Below are positions 46,111-56,100 of a DNA stretch of 64,000 nt, one piece after another. A program made the translations under genes and the position numbers. The notes below the pieces were generated by a model that searched no databases, had not been told where the DNA came from, and saw only the letters and a list, made by a program, of their open reading frames with translations. Within the stretch, counting starts at the first letter, position 1. Every line of letters begins with the position of its first letter. The stretch comes from a virus, in IMG/VR virus record IMGVR_UViG_3300045988_079296, positions 32,001 to 96,000 of that record; one strand, 5' to 3'.

Positions 46111-47982
46111 TTAACTTTGTAAATTTTCAACGTATCGTGCTATATTACGCTCCTTAACCACAAACAATTTATTCTCACTGTTGAAAGTTTCGGAGACGTT
46201 TTGGGTTATCATGAGAATTGTAACGCCAAGTTTCTCGAATATCTTGATAATATTCTCTTGACCCTTTGAATCAACTCCGTGAAAGCATTCATCGAAACAA
46301 AGAAGGTTCAAGCCTTTTCCGTTCGTAGATAAATTGATAAGATGTTGTATTCCCAATACTCCTGCAAGGTTTACACGCCCTTTCTCACCTCCTGACTTAG
46401 CCTTGAAGGTCTCTGCCGTAGTTCCATCGGACTGGATAAATACGTCAATCTTTTCCCGAACCTCGCCAGACTTCAAGACGGTGAACCCCGATATACTTAC
46501 AGACAAGTCAACGTCAAACTTCCGAAGGAATGAATTTGTTATTCCCTCTATGACTTTGATACTCTTATTCGCAAGGTAGGTAGTAAAACCAGAACGCCCC
46601 ATATGGAATTGCCAGAAACGTATCATATCCAACTCTTCCGTGAGCTTAGCAATCTGTTTTAGCTTCGGCTCAATCTCCGCTTCTGTTTGTTTAATCTTCT
46701 CTTGTACGGCTTTTAGTTGCTTGTTATCCTTCTTCCTTGTTTTTAGTTCTACCAACTCCATGCAAAGGTTGGTATCTTTATTCTTCAAGTCAACAACTTC
46801 TTCTTTCTTTCTTCGGAGCTTTCGTTCATATTGAGCTTTCTCTTCCTCTAAGTCATCAAGAAGTTCTTGACCTCGTTCGCCTTCTTCTATCTTTGTTTTG
46901 AGCTTCTTTAGCTTGACTCTTCTTGCTTCCAATTTCTTTTCAATCTTCGGCAAGGTTTGTTCCGCTTCCTTGATAAGCTCTCTTGCTTCTTCGGCTGATA
47001 CGTCAAAGTCATTTTCCTCAACAATCTCTTCTCCGCACTTCGGACAAACAACGACTTCATCCAATACTCCTTGAAGTTTCTTTTTGATAGTCTTTGTCTC
47101 TGAAAGTTCTTCCTCCAGTTCTTCTATCTCGGTACGGACTTGTTTGCGTTGCTTCTTTAACTCCGTTACATCTTCTACCGTAATAGCGGCAATTTGTTCC
47201 TCTCTTATCTGAATTGACTTCTCCAACTTCTTGACTTGCGCTTCGGCTTCCGTCCGTTCTTCTCGTACCTCGTCAATCCTCCCGTTCAGTTCCTCTATAA
47301 GTTCATCGGTATTGTCTTGTTTTACCAATTCCTCTGCTTGCTCTTCATAGATTTCCTTTCTCGTGGATAATTCCCCTACCTCGTCAGAAACAATCTTGTA
47401 ATCTGCTTCTTTTTCTTTCAATCGCATCGAAAGTTCTTCCAAGACTGGATTAACCATATCGGCTGAGGTGATGCGGTTCATTATCTCCTTTTTGTCTCCG
47501 TCCGAAGCCGTGAAGAACGTGTACCGATTATCTTGGCTTATTATGAAGTAACGCAACAAGTCCTCTCGGTTAATTCCTATCAACTCATATACTCGGTCAT
47601 TAGCTTCCGCAACCTTCGTTATTTGCTTGTTGAGTTTATCATCTTCATACAACTCCACTTTAACGGGTTTGTTGCCTCGGTAAAACCTTCTTACAATTCG
47701 GAGCTTCTTTTTTAAGGTTGGATTGAATAGAGAAAAGTCCACGCAACATTCTTCTTCCTCTCGGTTGATGAATGCTTCCTTCTTAACCTCTCTCAAACTC
47801 TCGTTGGTAAGAGCTATGGCAATACCTTCAAGCAACGTTGTTTTCCCAGCTCCGTTATTCTCCATGCCACGGTCAGTGTTGTTTTTTCCGAAGATAACGG
47901 TACACTGGTTGTTCTTGAACTTATACTCGGAATATTTATGAGCAAACAAATTCTCAATCGTTATTTTATCAGGACACCACAT
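46111..47982 (-). CDS. SbcC / T4 gp46-like recombination nuclease subunit
   Basis: NNGAGKTTLLEGIA Walker A, CPKCGEE zinc hook, FKAKSGGEKGRVNLAG signature, LLCFDECFHGVD Walker B. Confidence 0.9.
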   Translation of the reverse strand: MWCPDKITIENLFAHKYSEYKFKNNQCTVIFGKNNTDRGMENNGAGKTTLLEGIAIALTNESLREVKKEAFINREEEECCVDFSLFNPTLKKKLRIVRRFYRGNKPVKVELYEDDKLNKQITKVAEANDRVYELIGINREDLLRYFIISQDNRYTFFTASDGDKKEIMNRITSADMVNPVLEELSMRLKEKEADYKIVSDEVGELSTRKEIYEEQAEELVKQDNTDELIEELNGRIDEVREERTEAEAQVKKLEKSIQIREEQIAAITVEDVTELKKQRKQVRTEIEELEEELSETKTIKKKLQGVLDEVVVCPKCGEEIVEENDFDVSAEEARELIKEAEQTLPKIEKKLEARRVKLKKLKTKIEEGERGQELLDDLEEEKAQYERKLRRKKEEVVDLKNKDTNLCMELVELKTRKKDNKQLKAVQEKIKQTEAEIEPKLKQIAKLTEELDMIRFWQFHMGRSGFTTYLANKSIKVIEGITNSFLRKFDVDLSVSISGFTVLKSGEVREKIDVFIQSDGTTAETFKAKSGGEKGRVNLAGVLGIQHLINLSTNGKGLNLLCFDECFHGVDSKGQENIIKIFEKLGVTILMITQNVSETFNSENKLFVVKERNIARYVENLQS

Positions 47983-49096
47983 ACTTAACTTGCTTTATCA
48001 AATCCAACCCATACTTGAACTTATCTCCCTTTATCTTGCTTTCGGAACAGAAGCGGATGAAGTCTTGCTTTAATGTTTTTGTATCGTAACTCAACACCTC
48101 TTCGTTTTCGCTTATCTCCATGGCTTCAATTTGTTCTTCGGCTTCAAATTTACAATCAATACCGTACTTGGTTTGTATTTCTACCATATTGATTTTATGA
48201 GCATCCGCTCTCTTACCCCGAAAAACGAACCTCACAAAGTCCTCCCGTTCTTCATCGCCATACTTCTCCAGTAAGTTCATCAACGTCTCTTTATCGTTTA
48301 CGTCAATAGCCTCCTTGATATACTTCGGGAACTTAGACGGGATGAACTTCGTACTTCCATCGTCAAATATGACTGTGAAGCCTTTGTCTGTTATATTCTC
48401 GCCATAATTGTTCTGATAAGCCGAACCCGTATATATAACATTATCCGACAGCTTACTTGCGTTATGATAGTGACCAATCAGTACCTTAGTCCAATTCTCA
48501 AACATAGACGGCTTAATCAAAGACTTTACAGCCGTACCGTCATTGTTTAGAACTCCGTCAAACCCCGAATGAGTTATGAGTATTTTCGGATAACTCTCAT
48601 CAATGTCTCCATCTTTGTAGTTTTCCTCAATTTCCTCTTCTATCTTTTCAAATTCCTCCAACCACTTCTCGTCTTTGAAATAGGGAATGAACGCCAAAAC
48701 CACCCCGCCAATAATCCTGCGACTACCAGAGCGGTAAAGATGAACACACCGATCAGAATAAACATCCAAATAACTCTTCTCATCGTCTGAATCCGTTTTA
48801 TCATGATTGCCTGGAATGAGGTGAATTTCCATTTCCGCTTCCTCAATCATTTGTAGTATTTCTTTCCAATCCGTTAAACAAGACAGAGGTTGCCCCGAAC
48901 GGTTGGTGAATATATCCCCTCCGCAAATTATACGGTCAGTTCCATAATCAATGCAAAGATTGATAAGCTGACTAAATATATATTTAACCAACTTACCATT
49001 ATCTTTGTCCAAATGTGGGTCATTGATAAGTATTCCAATTGCTTCTTTCTTACTTTTCTTCATACCCTTAATAACGCTGTTAATCCTCTTCTTCAT
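47969..49096 (-). CDS. SbcD / T4 gp47-like metallophosphoesterase subunit
   Basis: ILINDPHLDKDN, ICGGDIFTNR, LIPGNHDKTD, ILITHSGFDG, LIGHYHNA. Confidence 0.9.
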   Translation of the reverse strand: MKKRINSVIKGMKKSKKEAIGILINDPHLDKDNGKLVKYIFSQLINLCIDYGTDRIICGGDIFTNRSGQPLSCLTDWKEILQMIEEAEMEIHLIPGNHDKTDSDDEKSYLDVYSDRCVHLYRSGSRRIIGGVVLAFIPYFKDEKWLEEFEKIEEEIEENYKDGDIDESYPKILITHSGFDGVLNNDGTAVKSLIKPSMFENWTKVLIGHYHNASKLSDNVIYTGSAYQNNYGENITDKGFTVIFDDGSTKFIPSKFPKYIKEAIDVNDKETLMNLLEKYGDEEREDFVRFVFRGKRADAHKINMVEIQTKYGIDCKFEAEEQIEAMEISENEEVLSYDTKTLKQDFIRFCSESKIKGDKFKYGLDLIKQVKYVVS

Positions 49097-50210
49097 CCTC
49101 CAATCCCTTGGCAAGTGAAGCCTTTAATTCAAGAAGGTCGTTTTGCATTGACTTCTTAATTTTAGCATGTAGGATTAGTAAGAACTTGTCGTGGTCTTGA
49201 TACAACTGAAATAACTCTCTCGGAGAACTCCATGAAAGTTTACCCTTCATGAACGTCATCTTCTTTGCCCCTTCTTTCTTCAATATACCTACCTCCAAGG
49301 CATAGTCAATATCTTCTTGGGATAGGATAACTCCATAACCAAGCAATATTCGTATGTCGGTTGCTTTACGGCTTCCGAAGTCGTTTTTGACAACCTTTAC
49401 TTTGGTTATCTGAGCAACCTCTACATCGTCCAGTTTCTCGGACTTAATAAGCGTTGTTGAAAGACGAATTGTTGGCATAAGTTCTACCCATTCACCTCCC
49501 GTACTTTTCTTGCTCTTGATAAATGAGCCAGGTGCGGTATTGTCGTATTGGTGATTAAGCATTACAAAATGTATAACATGAGAATACATTTCTGACGTGA
49601 GATATTTTGCGAACTTCTTGGCTTCCTTGGCAAAAGCCATCATCTTCTCATTTTTCAACTCCAAGTCTTCAACGTCATCCCCCTTAGCAAGAGCTTTCTC
49701 CATTAACTTGATATTCTCTTCCATAGTGTCAAACTCCGCTTTCGACAAGGTAGCTCCAAGACTATCCCACATAAAGAAGAATTTTGGTTTTAACTTCTCC
49801 GCTTTCAAGACTTCGGTTGCATCGTTTATCAGCTTCTTAACAAGCATAAACATCGCTTCCACATACTTAATCTTGATTATGATTATCCGCTTTACTGGGA
49901 TACCAAGTTGAATAGCATAATCCTTATTGTCTCGGTTTTCGCTGGAAAGAATAACGGCAATGCCATCATCGGGGTTTTCCCTTAGAAAGTTCTTCATCGC
50001 CATAAGTCCTATGGTTGTTTTACCGCTTCTACTTGGCCCAGCAATCTCTATTATTCCCGTAGGTAGTCCGAACGTGCGAAGGTTGTAATCAAGCGTAGGA
50101 CTGCCTGTGTGTGCCCAGCTTTTGATTTCCTTGAATCCGTCCTTATCGGAGAACTTTATGACATCATCGGAGTTGAACCGCCCAACGATTTTATCAATTA
50201 ATTTATTCAT
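49080..50210 (-). CDS. RecA/UvsX-like recombinase (start trimmed)
   Basis: GIIEIAGPSRSGKTTIGLMAM, FFFMWDSLGATLS, VIHFVMLNHQYDN. Confidence 0.85.
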   Translation of the reverse strand: MNKLIDKIVGRFNSDDVIKFSDKDGFKEIKSWAHTGSPTLDYNLRTFGLPTGIIEIAGPSRSGKTTIGLMAMKNFLRENPDDGIAVILSSENRDNKDYAIQLGIPVKRIIIIKIKYVEAMFMLVKKLINDATEVLKAEKLKPKFFFMWDSLGATLSKAEFDTMEENIKLMEKALAKGDDVEDLELKNEKMMAFAKEAKKFAKYLTSEMYSHVIHFVMLNHQYDNTAPGSFIKSKKSTGGEWVELMPTIRLSTTLIKSEKLDDVEVAQITKVKVVKNDFGSRKATDIRILLGYGVILSQEDIDYALEVGILKKEGAKKMTFMKGKLSWSSPRELFQLYQDHDKFLLILHAKIKKSMQNDLLELKASLAKGLEDEEED

Positions 50211-50229
50211 AATATTTTGTTTTACAAAA

Positions 50230-50261
50230 AGAGCCAACAATATATTGCTACTGTCGGCTCT
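50230..50261 (-). terminator. intrinsic terminator between the SSB-like and RecA-like genes
   Basis: agagcc / ggctct stem with A5 and T6 flanks. Confidence 0.6.
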
Positions 50262-50287
50262 CTTTTTTAGTTATCAATATGAAGGAA

Positions 50288-51649
50288 TTATTTCTTGCCG
50301 TTCAACTTACTGCGAATGTCCTTCATTGTAAGTTTTGCTTTTGGCTTTTCTTCTTCCTCATCGTCCTCTTCTTCGGTTTCATCTTCACCCTCTTCGTCAG
50401 AGTCATCCATGGCTTCTCGGATAGCTTCACGCAGGTCATCGTCTGACATAGACTTCTTAACCGATACTTCCAAACCTTGCTCTTTTATGTACTTCTTGAG
50501 CTCGCTTCTGTCCATATCGTCCAAGCCGTCATCCTCCGCTTCTGTTTCCTCTTCTTCGCTCTCTTCCTCTTCGTCATCATCTTCTTCCTCGTCCTCTGGC
50601 TCTTCTACTTTCTTTTTGCCCTTCGGAGCTGCTTTGGAAGATTTCTTGGCGGGTTTTTCTTCCTCTTCTTCATCATCGCTGTCGTCCTCATCTTCTTCCT
50701 CTTCTTTCTTGGAAGTCTTTTTGGACGTTACTTTCTTTGAGGTTTTCTTTTTTGGCTTTTCTTCTTCCTCATCGTCCTCTGCGTCATATTGGGCTTTCAC
50801 CTCTTCTACGATAGCCAACCAATCTTCGTCCTCGAACATTTCCAGTTCATGTTCTTCGTCAAAGTTCTGCAAGCCTTCCAAAGCACGTTCAAAGTCTCTC
50901 ATGCCGTAGGTCGGGATAACCTCTGAAAGTGGTTTAAGGGTCATGAAATACTCAATTTCCTCGTCTGTAAGAGGTCTTGGAGATACCTTTTTGGGGAAGG
51001 TAGTTTCATAGTAATTTTCGCCCTTCTTCTTGTTCGGCTTCTTCATGTACTTAACCATGATTGGCAAACCTTCATCGGGGTCAGTGAACGGGTCAACTTC
51101 AATCGGCTCGTCCTCATCTTCGGAGAATGCAAGTTTGTTCATCTGGTCACGAACCATTTTCTTGAACTCCCACAATTTAGCTCTCAACTCTTCGTCAGCC
51201 ACTACCTTATCAGCGTAGCACAACCAAGTGTACTGCGGGCTCAATGAATCTTGTCCTGAGAAGCATTCCAATTTGTCCGCATCCTTCTTCCACTTGTTCT
51301 TAGCGAACTTGATGAACTCGGCGCAAATATCCTTCTCCGTACCTCCGTGAACTACGGAGTCAAGAACCGTTCCACGTCCTTGTTCGCCATCGTTGCGTTC
51401 GTAGGTTATCCAGTAACACTTCTTGGCTACATAGAAGTTTTCCTCACCAGGGTGACCAGGGAAGATACGAATTTTGATTGTCTTACCGTCCTCCAAGTTC
51501 AGATACTCGTTACTTTGAACGCCAACCATTTCGTTGTCTTCGTCCACTACCTTCTTCAATTTCTTGATTGAAGTAGGTTTTAATGCGGCTCTTAAATCAC
51601 CGCCTTTTGATGCATTTTTCTTTGCCATAGCTTTCTTAAAATCTACCAT
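50288..51649 (-). CDS. T4 gp32-like single-stranded DNA-binding protein candidate with extended acidic modular tail
   Basis: N-terminal half FPGHPGEENFYVAKKCYWITYERNDG..., position beside RecA-like gene; long E/D/K tail with LDDMDRSELKKYIKEQGLEVSVKKSMSDDDLREAIREAM. Confidence 0.6.
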   Translation of the reverse strand: MVDFKKAMAKKNASKGGDLRAALKPTSIKKLKKVVDEDNEMVGVQSNEYLNLEDGKTIKIRIFPGHPGEENFYVAKKCYWITYERNDGEQGRGTVLDSVVHGGTEKDICAEFIKFAKNKWKKDADKLECFSGQDSLSPQYTWLCYADKVVADEELRAKLWEFKKMVRDQMNKLAFSEDEDEPIEVDPFTDPDEGLPIMVKYMKKPNKKKGENYYETTFPKKVSPRPLTDEEIEYFMTLKPLSEVIPTYGMRDFERALEGLQNFDEEHELEMFEDEDWLAIVEEVKAQYDAEDDEEEEKPKKKTSKKVTSKKTSKKEEEEDEDDSDDEEEEEKPAKKSSKAAPKGKKKVEEPEDEEEDDDEEEESEEEETEAEDDGLDDMDRSELKKYIKEQGLEVSVKKSMSDDDLREAIREAMDDSDEEGEDETEEEDDEEEEKPKAKLTMKDIRSKLNGKK

Positions 51650-51664
51650 TTAAAATATTGTTAT

Positions 51665-52186
51665 TTAATCTCCAATCAGTTTTTTCGTTCTCTTTATAAG
51701 AACGTTGTTCACTCTACCTTCGATAACTGAATCAGCAATATCTCCTTGCTGAACCGTCAAACTTAATTTATCCAGTTTCTCGGACTTATCCTTGGCTGAC
51801 CAAAAGATAGAGTTCATATAATCTCTCGTCTTTTGTTTTTCAAGATAACTTCTGCGCATAGCTTGATAACCTTTCTCCAATAAAACCGCAGTATTGACTG
51901 CATCTACGCTCGGAGCTTTACCATTTCGGTCAGCAAGTTTGATACGCAAACTCTCCTTGAGTTTTGCTTCGGTTACTTCCAAGTTCAATTTAGCAAGAGC
52001 AACTTGATTTTCGGCTTCCGCAAGTAATTGACCAAAACGGTTTACAATGACTGGGAAGGTTATCATTTCGCCAATAAGGTTTGAATAATCAATCTTTAAT
52101 AGGCTATCAACGTCCACATCCTCGTCAAATTCATCAAACTTCAAAACGTAGGTTTGACTGCCTATGGTAATTACTTTCTTGTCCAT
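51665..52186 (-). CDS. hypothetical coiled-coil protein, possible UvsY-like recombination mediator by position
   Basis: ORF 173 aa; weak. Confidence 0.6.
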   Translation of the reverse strand: MDKKVITIGSQTYVLKFDEFDEDVDVDSLLKIDYSNLIGEMITFPVIVNRFGQLLAEAENQVALAKLNLEVTEAKLKESLRIKLADRNGKAPSVDAVNTAVLLEKGYQAMRRSYLEKQKTRDYMNSIFWSAKDKSEKLDKLSLTVQQGDIADSVIEGRVNNVLIKRTKKLIGD

Positions 52187-52188
52187 AC

Positions 52189-52497
52189 TTATTCTTTTTC
52201 TTGTTCTTCTTTTTCCTCTTCTTCAAGAATGTGTAACCCGATAACGGCATAACCGATAATGTCCTTTAGAGTGTCTTGGATGCTCTCAAAATTCGGCTCT
52301 TCTCCCTTTAATCGGTTTTCCACCATGTTTCTTAACCTTGATGTTTTGTCCCAAATATGAACCATGTTGCCGTTCATACCCAAATCAAAACTCGCTCCTT
52401 TGTAGTCTTTGTTTTTCTTTAACAAGATTTCAGTCATGCCATCAAAGATGCCATTGATACTTTCTCTCGTCATTTCTTCACCTTTCTTCTTACTCAT
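52189..52497 (-). CDS. DUF1599 / Nucleotide modification associated domain 1 (Nmad1) protein
   Basis: LLKKNKDYKGASF...HIWDKTSRLRNMVE...FESIQDTLKDIIGYAVIGLHIL. Confidence 0.75.
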   Translation of the reverse strand: MSKKKGEEMTRESINGIFDGMTEILLKKNKDYKGASFDLGMNGNMVHIWDKTSRLRNMVENRLKGEEPNFESIQDTLKDIIGYAVIGLHILEEEEKEEQEKE

Positions 52498-53131
52498 CGT
52501 TAAATAAGTTTTTTAAATTATACAATTCGGTTATGTTAATCTCCACATCGGGGAAATTTATTTTCAAACTGTTTATAACAGCATCAACCGCTTTCGGGAA
52601 ATTTTGTTTTGCTCTCTCCCATTGTTCATCCAATCCTCTATTACCCAATGAACGTTCTCTTTTCATATAGAAGTAAAGAGCCATCCAATCGCATAGTTTA
52701 GCGAACTTCTTTTCAGGCTCTGGGCAAGCGCAAACCATAGATAACATCATATTTGATGCATCGGTATCTGTTCCGTGTTCGTCTGTTTCCTTGAACTCCC
52801 TTAACGCTATATGCTTTGATAGATTGTCAAGAACTCTTCTGACTTCCTCTCCGTTGTAGTCGTTATACTTAGTTTCATGGGACATATCCCGAAGTATCAA
52901 TGCTTCATCCCAATCGTGGAAGATAGCTCTTGAAACTACATCCAACTTAAACAATAATACCTTCGGGTCAATACTATGACCAAATACATCCTCCAATAAA
53001 ACTCTTGCGAATACCGCATCTTTATAAGAGTGTTGACTCACGCTTTCTTCCTTGAAAACGTCCATTTCCTGCCACTGCTTAATATTATCAAGTCTGTGCA
53101 GATACTTACTTTTGATAATCTTGTTTAACAT
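52490..53131 (-). CDS. YfbR-like HD-domain nucleotide phosphohydrolase
   Basis: ESVSQHSYKDAVFARVLL...RAIFHDWDEALILRDMSHETKY. Confidence 0.8.
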   Translation of the reverse strand: MLNKIIKSKYLHRLDNIKQWQEMDVFKEESVSQHSYKDAVFARVLLEDVFGHSIDPKVLLFKLDVVSRAIFHDWDEALILRDMSHETKYNDYNGEEVRRVLDNLSKHIALREFKETDEHGTDTDASNMMLSMVCACPEPEKKFAKLCDWMALYFYMKRERSLGNRGLDEQWERAKQNFPKAVDAVINSLKINFPDVEINITELYNLKNLFNDE

Positions 53132-53142
53132 TTCAATTTGAT

Positions 53143-56100
53143 TTACGATATTATATAAATTTTTGTTCTTTCGTCTGAATAAAGAACCTTTTGATTTTTG
53201 AACTTATCCTTCTTGACCCGTCCGCAAATTGCCACTACTCGGTTTTTATACTCCGATATATTTTCAGGAAGTCTATCCACCGCATCTGGCCAAAGTGTAA
53301 CAGGTATGATGGTATTATTACAGTCTATATTAACGCTGACCATCGTTCCGTTCTTAATTTGACGCTCTTGGTAGTAGATTAACTTGCCTGCTATTGTGGC
53401 TTCTCTGCCCTCCTTAGTGTTCGCAAATTCAAAGTCATTAACGTATAACTTTGCCACTCTCTTATTTGGAATAGCATCCCTAATCATTGTTTCATAATCT
53501 ACCTCTCCAAACCCAGTAAGACGTTTCTGTTCAAATACCCAAAATGAGTTTTTGTTAGCTTCTTCGGTCTGATACTCCTTAGCAATATCCGCTTTCTTAT
53601 ACTCGGCAAACCATTGCAACAACTTTTTCCTATCTCTTGGGTTTTTCAAGTTTTCTACAATGTCGAAAGCTCCAGCAACAATCAGACGTTCTATGACTTT
53701 CTTGTTTACTTTGGACGGAACTCTTTCCACGAACTCTTCAAGAGAAAAGAACTTGCCCCCCTTCTCCCGTTCTTCGATAATATACGGCACAACTTTCTCT
53801 CCAACGTCCTTAATCTTTGTTAAGCTAAAGAAGATGCGTTGTTCCTTCGGGTCACAAGTAAAGGTTTGAGCTGAGAAGTTCACATCAGGCGGTCTTATCT
53901 CAATTTCCGCTCCCGTCTTTTTAAGCTCTGCAAGTCGGTATGGCACTTCACCTTCTTTAGAGAATTGCAGAGCTGTTGTCCAAAATTCCAACGGGTAGTT
54001 TACTTTCATATATTGACTCCAATACGACATTATGGAATATGCCGCAGCATGAGACTTATTAAAACCATAACCAGAGAAGGCAAGAAGTTTAGCCCAAACT
54101 TTCTCGGCATACTCGTCTGGCTTCTCAATCTTGTTTTTCCTTAATAGCTCGCTGTAACCTTTCTTGAATTTCTCTCCGTAGGATGATAGTGTTTTAACAT
54201 CCTTCTTTTTTATGGTAGTTCGGAGAATATCTGATTCAACCTCCGTCAATCCTCCTACCACAACGCCCTTCATGATTTGCTCTTGATAGACGTATAATCC
54301 AAAAGTTTCTGCCGTTATCTCTTCCATACCGAAGTCGTATGTTGGTTTCTTCTTTCCGTTCTTAATATCGGCAAAATCAGAGTGAGCGTTGAGCTCCATT
54401 GGGCCAGGTCGGAATAGAGCGGTCATGGCTATGAGTTGAGCCAACGTATCGGGTTTCACTTGTCTTGAGTAGTTCATAAGTCCTTGCGTACCGAACTGAA
54501 AGACATCTTCATTCCAACCTCTCTTAAAGTATTTGAATGTTTCCTCGTCATCAAGCGGAATAGCGTTCCAATCAATCTTCTTTCCGTAATTCTTTTGGAT
54601 TAATACTTCCATGTTCTTGAACTTATCTAATTGGTTTAATCCCAATATATCCTCTTTCAAGAAGCCAGACTTGTCTATGTATTTACCTTCCCACTCCGAC
54701 ACTAAGACACCGTCAATCATCTTAACGGGCATCCATTCCCATATATCAATCGGTCTATTCGTACCGTCCACAGTATGTTTCGGAACTATGATTGCGGCTG
54801 AAGGGTGAACGGATGCCGCCTTGCATTGCAACATGCCATACTTCGTTAGATGTACAATATCGGGGTTTTCTTGAACGAACTTAAACAACGCTTTCGATTT
54901 ACTGGCATACTCAAGCAAGTCGCCCCAAGTGTATTCAATTTGGTCGTCAATATCCTTCGTTAGTTTATTCATGGTATCAAATGGAATACCCTTGACTTTC
55001 CCGAAGTCCTTCAAACAAGTCTTCAATTTCATTCGGGTGTACGTTCCGATACTGCATGTATAATCATAACCATATTTTTCCTTGATATAATTCTTAACCG
55101 CATCACGGTGTTCGGTTGGAAAGTCAACGTCAATATCGGGCATACTATCCGCTGATTTGGCTCGCTCTCCCGATACACGTGTCTCATTCAAGAAACGTTC
55201 AAACATTAATCCGTACTTCAACGGGTCAACATCCGTAATATGTAAGCAATAAGCTACAAGACTACCGCAAACCGAACCACGCCCAGTACCAACCATTATA
55301 CCTCGTTTCTTACACCAATTGATTATATCCCAAAGTATCATAAAGTAGTCCACAAGGTCGTTGGGAACAATTACGTTACATTCGATTTCCAAACGTTTCA
55401 TGTATATCGCCAATTCTTTCTTGGGAAGATGCCCCAACCTTTCGTTTGCCCCCTTCTCTACCATATCAAAGAATAACCCAACGGCATCATCTACCTCAAA
55501 CGCAGGTAGTTTCTTTTCTCCGCTCGGTATCTTGAAGTCAACCTTATCAACTAACAAGGTTGCATTCTCAATGCCTTCTACGATAGTTTGGAATAACGGC
55601 TCAACCTCTTCCAACCAATCGGAATATTCCTCAAAGGTTTCTCCACAAGTCTTGAAGTATTGGTTTATAGCTTCGGGTGCGGCTTTTCCTAACACTTTGT
55701 TGATAACGCCTTTCAACTCGTGCATTTCTCGGTCAAGATAATAGGAGTCATTTATCAATATCGGCTTCAATAGCTTCTTATAGTTACAAATATATGTATC
55801 TATGTTTTCCAAGTGCTTCTTGAAGAGATTATCAGAGACGAACTCAACGGTGTCCACCTGATAATAAACTCTTGTAAAATGCTTCTTATACTTTGCTATG
55901 AGCTTGATAGTTTCCTTCTTATCGTCTTTAATGTAGTTGAACTCTGACTCCTTCGGGATAACGCAAACCAAACCTTTCCCAAGTTCCAACAATTCGCTCT
56001 CTGGGATGAAACCATTATACGTTACATTAACAGCCTTATTTATCAACAAAAGGTTTTTCCAACCTTCGTAATTCAGTATGTAAAACTTTAATTCAAACGT

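Noticed and set aside
50400-51000. Acidic/GAG-rich coding repeats as a DNA repeat array
   Set aside because: Irregular codon-level low complexity encoding E/D/K tracts, not a regular tandem or CRISPR array
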